Source: an uncultured Fibrobacterales bacterium (GTDB taxonomy: Bacteria > Fibrobacterota > Fibrobacteria > Fibrobacterales > CAWVXU01). From it: a DNA stretch of 12,957 nt. Made by a program: the position numbers and the translations under genes. Shown piece after piece: positions 8,306-12,957 of this stretch (within the stretch, counting starts at the first letter, position 1; each line of letters begins with the position of its first letter). The stretch is taken from NCBI GenBank assembly GCA_963934255.1, contig CAWVXU010000074.1:1-12957 (forward strand). Reading direction: 5' to 3'. The notes beneath the pieces were generated by a model that was not told where the DNA came from, did no database searches, and saw nothing but the letters and a program-made list of their open reading frames with translations.

Positions 8306-10177
8306 TTAGAAATTCTCAAGTATTTTTAGATTTGAAATTGTCCCAATCTCAATTTCAATTTTTTCATTAGTTTTTTCTAATTGAGCTCGAAGGATTTCTT
8401 GAGTTTCAGGGTCGACCTCTTTGGGATGAATGACAGCCTTTTGAGTGGTCTTTGTTTTCCAAAAAATTTCTAACTGAAAGTCACATATAATACAATATCT
8501 TAGGATTCTTAGAATTTGTGGAGGGTTTAAATCTTTAAAGCTACTACCGTATTGACTAAGTTCACCCATTTGAATTTGGTTATCTAAGTTGATTTCTCTA
8601 CTAGGATATTGGATTGTATCTTCTTCTTGAGTGGCTCTAGATGTTGATGTAGAGAAATTATTTTGCCCGACAAATATTTCATCATCATAACTTGGATGAT
8701 ACCCGAGTTGTTCTAAAAGATATTTTGCGTTTTCTTCGCCCGCTTCTTGGAGTATAAATCCAAATTCAGGAAGTTCTTTAATAATATACTGAGAGAAGCT
8801 TGTAATTCCTTTGAGAGTTTCACGAGTACTTTTAGTTGACACTTCTAATAGAAGTGGACGACTAAATTTGGCTTCTTTGAATGAATTCATCCAATCATTG
8901 ACACTGACTCGCGGAGTAGGAGGAAGTTTTACCCAGTCAAGACAGTCTTCTACATCTTGAAGGTTGATTTTTGAGCTTAAAGCTTTAATAAATCGAGATT
9001 TCTCCAGGCGATATTTCATCACTCGGTCATCTGTTGTGGCTTTAGCTATGCACTCTAAGATAAATAGATGCTGACTTTGCTGTTGAACACCAACAACGAC
9101 TTCAAAATCTGGAGTACTAAACGCAGATTGATCCACAAACATTTTATCTAACTCTCCGCCCTGCAATACATGTCGGGCAAGAGGAGTCATTTGACCTAAA
9201 GTAATCTCATTGTTTTTGGCGCTAAACTGAACTAAGCCTAAACACCAAGCTTCTTTCAAAGCATTAGGAAGGTCAGTCCAATGAATTGAATGTGTTTCCT
9301 GAGTTAGTTTTGGAATAAGATTATCTGGAGCAAGCACCCACCAATCAGCTAAAATATCATTGATATTGGCTGGGTTTTCGGCACGCATAAGAACTTCAAT
9401 TAAATGAGACTGTGTCCAATTCACTTTGTGGAGCCAGAAGTCAATTAATTTTAAGTAAATCTCACCGGGTGTTTCAATTGATTTTTTAAAATCAGGATTA
9501 AGAACCATTCCTTCATCTGTGTATTGTAAGTCTTTGGTCTCTTTTCCAAATTCAATAAGAAAGTTAAGCTCACTTGAGGCAAGCGATTTGTCCACATTTA
9601 GAGCAAATTCGAATCTTGATTCCATTGAGGTGATGTTGCGACGATGGGGTTCACCTGTTTGCGAAAGTTTCCAGGGGCTCAATTGAACTTGAGCTGCAAG
9701 TGAGATATAGTGATAACTAATCATCATACTATAATCAAGCCACGCAGGGCGAGATGTATCCGTTACCACAGTATAGGAAAGAGTTTCAAAAACAAAACTG
9801 CGAAGCTCTTTAAATCCATATATACGCTCTTCGTTTTCGCTTTCGCCTTTGGCTGTATAACAAATCAAGTGCCACGAAAAATTAAGAATTGTGTCTTTAA
9901 TGAGAAATCGTTCAGATTCGGGTACAAAAAGTAGAATTTGACTTTTGGTGATGCCGCGCTTACCTGAAGAATATATTGCTCTGACTATGGATTTCTGTAG
10001 ATCAGAAAGTTCAGATATTTGTGCCTTAATCCTTTCATCATCAATAGCCCAAGAAGTAATATCCTGAATAAGCCTTGAATTTTGAATAAGACCACCAGAT
10101 TGTTCTAGATTACTTTGGTGAACCTTGTTTAAAAATGTTTTAGGAGCTTGATTTAAATAATATTCTAATGATTGCAA
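8306..10177 (-). CDS. Helicase-associated protein with XPB/Ssl2 N-terminal (Helicase_C_3-like) domain and possible WYL-like C-terminus (623 aa, TTG start)
   Basis: Segment TPDFEVVV...LECIA...DRVMKYRLEKSRFIKAL...LPPTPRVSVNDW fits the Helicase_C_3 pattern. The C-terminal helix plus beta strands (ILRYCI..LEIFW..IHP..IEIGTISNL) resembles WYL/Sm-like domains. No Walker A/B motifs seen. Confidence 0.65.
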   Translation of the reverse strand: MQSLEYYLNQAPKTFLNKVHQSNLEQSGGLIQNSRLIQDITSWAIDDERIKAQISELSDLQKSIVRAIYSSGKRGITKSQILLFVPESERFLIKDTILNFSWHLICYTAKGESENEERIYGFKELRSFVFETLSYTVVTDTSRPAWLDYSMMISYHYISLAAQVQLSPWKLSQTGEPHRRNITSMESRFEFALNVDKSLASSELNFLIEFGKETKDLQYTDEGMVLNPDFKKSIETPGEIYLKLIDFWLHKVNWTQSHLIEVLMRAENPANINDILADWWVLAPDNLIPKLTQETHSIHWTDLPNALKEAWCLGLVQFSAKNNEITLGQMTPLARHVLQGGELDKMFVDQSAFSTPDFEVVVGVQQQSQHLFILECIAKATTDDRVMKYRLEKSRFIKALSSKINLQDVEDCLDWVKLPPTPRVSVNDWMNSFKEAKFSRPLLLEVSTKSTRETLKGITSFSQYIIKELPEFGFILQEAGEENAKYLLEQLGYHPSYDDEIFVGQNNFSTSTSRATQEEDTIQYPSREINLDNQIQMGELSQYGSSFKDLNPPQILRILRYCIICDFQLEIFWKTKTTQKAVIHPKEVDPETQEILRAQLEKTNEKIEIEIGTISNLKILENF

Positions 10178-10207
10178 AGTTACACCCTTGTTTAAGCGCG
10201 TAAAAAT

Positions 10208-10237
10208 AAAAAAAAAGTCAGGGAATAAGTCCCTGAC
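10208..10237 (-). terminator. Rho-independent terminator of the flagellin at 10264-11121
   Basis: Minus strand GTCAGGGA-CTTAT-TCCCTGAC followed by a T9 run. Confidence 0.9.
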
Positions 10238-10263
10238 CTTTAAATGATTTAACCAAACTGTGA

Positions 10264-11121
10264 TTATCCTATTAAGCTTAGTGCGCCTTGAGGTACAGCA
10301 TTTGCTTGTGCAAGCATTGAAGTTGCTGATTGACTCAAAATCTGGCTCTTAGTGAATTGAGTTGATTCAGTTGCAAAGTCAACGTCACGGATACGAGATT
10401 CAGCATCTTGTGTGTTGAACTCCTGATTGGAGATGTTGTTAATCGCATGTTCAAGACGATTCACATAAGCACCCACATCAGAACGCATGTTGTTCACAGA
10501 TGTAATTGCATCATCAATTGAGCCAATTGAAGCTAGAGATGCTGCCTGAGTAGATACACCAACTGAGGTAGCAGCACCTGAAAGTCCAAGAGCTCCAGCA
10601 GTAATGCCGTCAATCTGGAGGGTCAAGTTATCAACTCCAGCAGCATTATTAGCGCCAATGTGAAGAACTGATGAAGCTGATCCTACGCCACCAAAGGAAG
10701 AAGATCCACCTGCGACTAGTGTTTGTCCGTTATACTGCGCACTATTTGCGATACGGTCAATCTCATCTGTTAGAGCCGTAAACTCTTGATCTAGATAGCT
10801 GCGGTCAGTCGAAGTCAAGGTATCATTCGCTGATTGGATAGCAAGTTCACGCATACGTTGAAGGATATCAGAAATTTCGTTACCAGCACCCTCAGCAATT
10901 TGCAAAAGTGCAATTCCGTCTTGAGCATTAGAGCGAGCTCTTCCCAAGCCACGAACCTGAGTGCGTAATTGTTCAGAAACTGATAGTCCAGCAGCGTCAT
11001 CCGATGCACGGTTGATGCGAAGACCTGTTGATAGTTTTTCTAAAGACTTTCCTTGAGCATGGTTTGAAGCAGCCAAAGAATTTTGTGTGATCATTGATGA
11101 AATATTATGATTAATACGCAT
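10264..11121 (-). CDS. fliC: Flagellin, minimal type (285 aa)
   Basis: MRINHN, LEKLSTGLRINRASDDAAGL, LQRMRELAIQSAN, NRLEHAINN, ESRIRDVDFA, QILSQSATSMLAQAN; strong SD GGAGG. Confidence 0.98.
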   Translation of the reverse strand: MRINHNISSMITQNSLAASNHAQGKSLEKLSTGLRINRASDDAAGLSVSEQLRTQVRGLGRARSNAQDGIALLQIAEGAGNEISDILQRMRELAIQSANDTLTSTDRSYLDQEFTALTDEIDRIANSAQYNGQTLVAGGSSSFGGVGSASSVLHIGANNAAGVDNLTLQIDGITAGALGLSGAATSVGVSTQAASLASIGSIDDAITSVNNMRSDVGAYVNRLEHAINNISNQEFNTQDAESRIRDVDFATESTQFTKSQILSQSATSMLAQANAVPQGALSLIG

Positions 11122-11125
11122 GTTA

Positions 11126-11180
11126 GTAACCTCCGTGTTACGTTATTTATTAACCCCCAATTGCATCCTTGCGTTGGGGG
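11126..11180 (-). promoter_or_regulatory. Two CsrA-type GGA hairpins in the flagellin 5' UTR, the second overlapping the SD
   Basis: CCCCCAA-C-GC-AAGGAU-GC-AA-UUGGGGG (11180-11154) and GUAAC-ACGGAG-GUUAC (11141-11126), both with ANGGAN loops. Confidence 0.8.
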
Positions 11181-11206
11181 TGTTGAGCAATGTGTCTCTA
11201 CTTAAC

Positions 11207-11234
11207 ATATCGCCTTTTCAAGGAAAAATCTTTA
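11207..11234 (-). promoter_or_regulatory. Sigma28 (FliA/SigD)-type promoter of the flagellin at 10264-11121
   Basis: TAAA-N16-GGCGATAT, one mismatch from the SigD consensus TAAA-N16-GCCGATAT. Confidence 0.85.
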
Positions 11235-11454
11235 CTCTTTTATGGGAAATAATTTCTTTTAATATTTTAACTCTATATTTCAAAGGGAGTTATGGCGGTG
11301 TTTTTTTTGGCCACTTTTTTTTAGAGTGTGTTAATGTTAATCTAGAAGTTAAAGTAAAACTTAGCCTAAGGGAGTGTTTGAATATCGAACGGATAAATTT
11401 GCCGATTGGTAGAGAGATTCAAGATTGTTTTGCTGGAATTATTCTGAAGACCTC

Positions 11455-11490
11455 AAAAAAAGAAAAGCTCCGGAGTTACCGGAGCTTTTC
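11455..11490 (-). terminator. Rho-independent terminator closing the intergenic small transcript
   Basis: Minus strand GAAAAGCTCCGG-TAACT-CCGGAGCTTTTC (perfect 12-bp stem) followed by T7. Confidence 0.85.
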
Positions 11491-11556
11491 ATGGAGGTTT
11501 AAATATCGAAGCTTTTAAAGACTTGTAATTTAAAATACGTGTCGCCATACACGTAC
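11455..11556 (-). ncRNA. Candidate sigma28-dependent small RNA (~100 nt)
   Basis: Bounded by a sigma28-type promoter and a terminator. Has a 5' hairpin UACGUGU-AUGGCG-ACACGUA and an AU-rich middle ending in AAACCUCCAU. Transcript ends are inferred. Confidence 0.65.
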
Positions 11557-11561
11557 TTTCT

Positions 11562-11589
11562 ATATCGCCTCATAGCGAGAGATTCTTTA
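11562..11589 (-). promoter_or_regulatory. Orphan sigma28-type promoter
   Basis: TAAA-N16-GGCGATAT. It shares TAAAGA, GGCGATAT and a downstream AAGTA at the same offset with the promoter at 11207-11234. Confidence 0.8.
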
Positions 11590-11651
11590 GCTTTTTATTT
11601 AATAGGTAGATTTTATTTTAAAAAGAATAGCCTATATATAGCGAAGTAATC

Positions 11652-11682
11652 AAAAAAAGCCCCACCTAAAGAGGTGGAGCTT
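11652..11682 (-). terminator. Rho-independent terminator of the flagellin at 11705-12559
   Basis: Minus strand AAGCTCCACCT-CTTT-AGGTGGGGCTT ending in a T7 run. Confidence 0.9.
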
Positions 11683-11706
11683 AAATATTTGAACCAAAAT
11701 CTTATT
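11652..11706. repeat. 55-bp direct repeat, copy 1 (flagellin stop codons, 3' UTR and terminator)
   Basis: Identical to 12903-12957. Confidence 0.95.
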
Positions 11707-12559
11707 AGATGAGTCCAAGAGCTCCCTGAGGAACGGCATTTGCTTGAGATAACATAGAAGTAGCAGATTGTGATAAGATCTGTGCTTTGGTAAACTGAGT
11801 AGACTCAGTTGCAAAGTCAACATCCCGAATACGCGATTCTGCATCTTGGGTATTAAACTCTTGATTAGAGAGGTTGTTAATCGCATGTTCAAGACGATTG
11901 ACATAAGCACCTACATCAGATCTCATATTGTTCACAGAGGTAATTGCTGTGTCAATAGTTCCGATGGCTGCAAGTGAAGATGCTTGAGTCGATACACCTA
12001 CATTAGTTGCCCCACCAGTTATCCCAATAGCGCCTGCAGTGATGCCATCAATTTGAAGGGTCAAGCTATCAGTACCAGCAACATCATTTGCACCAATGTG
12101 AAGAATAGATGTGGCAGAACCAGTGCCACCAAATGATGAAGATCCACCAGTCACAAGCTCTTGTCCATTATATTGAGTAGAATCTGCAATACGGTCAATT
12201 TCATCAGTGAGAGCAGTAAACTCTTGATCGAGATATGAACGGTCAGTCGAAGTCAAGGTATCATTGGCAGATTGAACCGCAAGCTCACGCATACGTTGTA
12301 AAATGTCTGAAGTTTCGTTTGCAGCACCTTCAGCGATTTGAAGAAGTGCAATGCCATCTTGAGCATTTGAACGAGCGCGACCTAGGCCACGAACTTGTGA
12401 ACGTAATTCTTCTGACACCGAAAGTCCAGCTGCGTCATCTGATGAACGATTGATGCGAAGACCAGTTGAAAGTTTTTCTAGTGATTTACCTAGTGATTTG
12501 CCTGTAGAACCCAGTGCATTCTGTGTGATCATTGAATTGATATTGTGATTGATACGCAT
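11705..12559 (-). CDS. fliC: Flagellin, minimal type (284 aa), paralog of 10264-11121
   Basis: Same conserved flagellin N- and C-terminal motifs. About 39 substitutions in 284 aligned residues by manual count (~86% identity). Tandem TAATAA stop. Confidence 0.98.
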   Translation of the reverse strand: MRINHNINSMITQNALGSTGKSLGKSLEKLSTGLRINRSSDDAAGLSVSEELRSQVRGLGRARSNAQDGIALLQIAEGAANETSDILQRMRELAVQSANDTLTSTDRSYLDQEFTALTDEIDRIADSTQYNGQELVTGGSSSFGGTGSATSILHIGANDVAGTDSLTLQIDGITAGAIGITGGATNVGVSTQASSLAAIGTIDTAITSVNNMRSDVGAYVNRLEHAINNLSNQEFNTQDAESRIRDVDFATESTQFTKAQILSQSATSMLSQANAVPQGALGLI

Positions 12560-12562
12560 TTT

Positions 12563-12621
12563 GGTAACCTCCGTGTTTCCGTTTATGCTTTGTTTTCCAA
12601 TGGTCCCATCCGTGGGGCCAT
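12563..12621 (-). promoter_or_regulatory. Two CsrA-type GGA hairpins in the flagellin 5' UTR, the second overlapping the SD
   Basis: AUGGCCCC-ACGGAU-GGGACCAU (12621-12600) and GGAAAC-ACGGAG-GUUACC (12580-12563). Confidence 0.8.
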
Positions 12622-12659
12622 GTTTAGGAAATTTTAGAGATATCTTCTCTTATTTTTGT

Positions 12660-12687
12660 GAATCGTCGTCTCGTAGAAAATACTTTA
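12660..12687 (-). promoter_or_regulatory. Sigma28-type promoter of the flagellin at 11705-12559 (weaker match)
   Basis: TAAA-N16-GACGATTC, preceded by an A-tract. Confidence 0.65.
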
Positions 12688-12902
12688 ATTTTTTTTTAAG
12701 ATAAATCCAGAGGTGTTCGTAAGTCCTTGTTTAGTATACGTTTAAGTTTTAGGTGAAAACAAAAAAAGTAGAGTAAAAGTTAAAGTTATTATTTTGAAGT
12801 TGTTGTTTTCCAATAATTTAGGGTATCAGGGGATACTATTTATGAACCATTAAAATCAGTAAAACCACTCTCATAATCCTTCAAAAGTTAAAACTCACAC
12901 AT

Positions 12903-12933
12903 AAAAAAAGCCCCACCTAAAGAGGTGGAGCTT
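12903..12933 (-). terminator. Rho-independent terminator of a gene beyond the window edge (probably a third flagellin)
   Basis: Identical to the terminator at 11652-11682. Confidence 0.85.
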
Positions 12934-12957
12934 AAATATTTGAACCAAAATCTTATT
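12903..12957. repeat. 55-bp direct repeat, copy 2, running to the window end
   Basis: Identical to 11652-11706 (offset 1251 bp). Confidence 0.95.

Noticed and set aside
8306..10177. Flagellin-adjacent gene as a TnpB/TldR RNA-guided repressor with the small RNA as guide
   Set aside because: No RuvC-like or CxxC zinc-finger motifs. The protein fits a Helicase_C_3-like pattern instead.
11274..11324. Plus-strand TATATT, a 10-codon ORF (MAVFFLATFF) and T8 tracts as an antisense unit or phase-variation site
   Set aside because: The GGGAG-to-ATG spacing is only 2 nt, and such tracts are common in this AT-rich DNA and lie outside the promoter spacer.
11381..11408. Plus-strand GCCGATTG as a possible sigma28 -10 box
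   Set aside because: No TAAA at 15-16 nt spacing.
11120..11518. 132-aa plus-strand ORF in the flagellin intergenic region
   Set aside because: It runs antisense across the flagellin leader, promoter and a terminator, has low-complexity T-tract-derived sequence and no SD. Most likely spurious.
11455..11556. Small RNA as a CsrB/RsmZ-like CsrA sponge
   Set aside because: It has only one GGA, buried in the terminator stem, and the 5' loop is AUGGCG rather than ANGGA.
457..12453. Short nested ORFs (457-654, 1499-1756, 2060-2257, 2152-2358, 3788-3994, 6112-6297, 9710-9934, 10815-11009, 11650-11910, 12235-12453)
   Set aside because: All lie within or largely overlap well-supported genes, in alternative frames or antisense, and show no recognisable motifs.
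12720..12786. IHF-like TAAGTCCTTGTTT and an AAGTTAAAGT word shared with 11346-11355
   Set aside because: Short AT-rich matches at unequal distances from the promoters, not distinguishable from chance.

Overview
AT-rich bacterial chromosomal window with no mobile element or CRISPR array. The left part holds housekeeping genes: a minus-strand mutL operon with two putative exported proteins, a divergent 453-aa gene with a predicted C-terminal winged-helix domain, dnaE, and an XPB/Ssl2 N-terminal-domain (Helicase_C_3-like) protein. The right part is a tandem array of minimal flagellins: two complete genes, plus a 55-bp perfect repeat at the window end that implies a third copy. Each flagellin has its own sigma28-type promoter, two CsrA-type GGA hairpins and an intrinsic terminator. 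The most interesting signal is a third sigma28-type promoter between the flagellins. It drives no annotated gene, only a self-contained ~100-nt unit (5' hairpin, exposed anti-Shine-Dalgarno AACCUCC, strong terminator), which is a candidate flagellar sRNA or 19-aa micropeptide. MutL and the DnaE PHP domain both show degenerate nuclease metal-binding motifs. All calls come from reading motifs by eye; no database searches were run.
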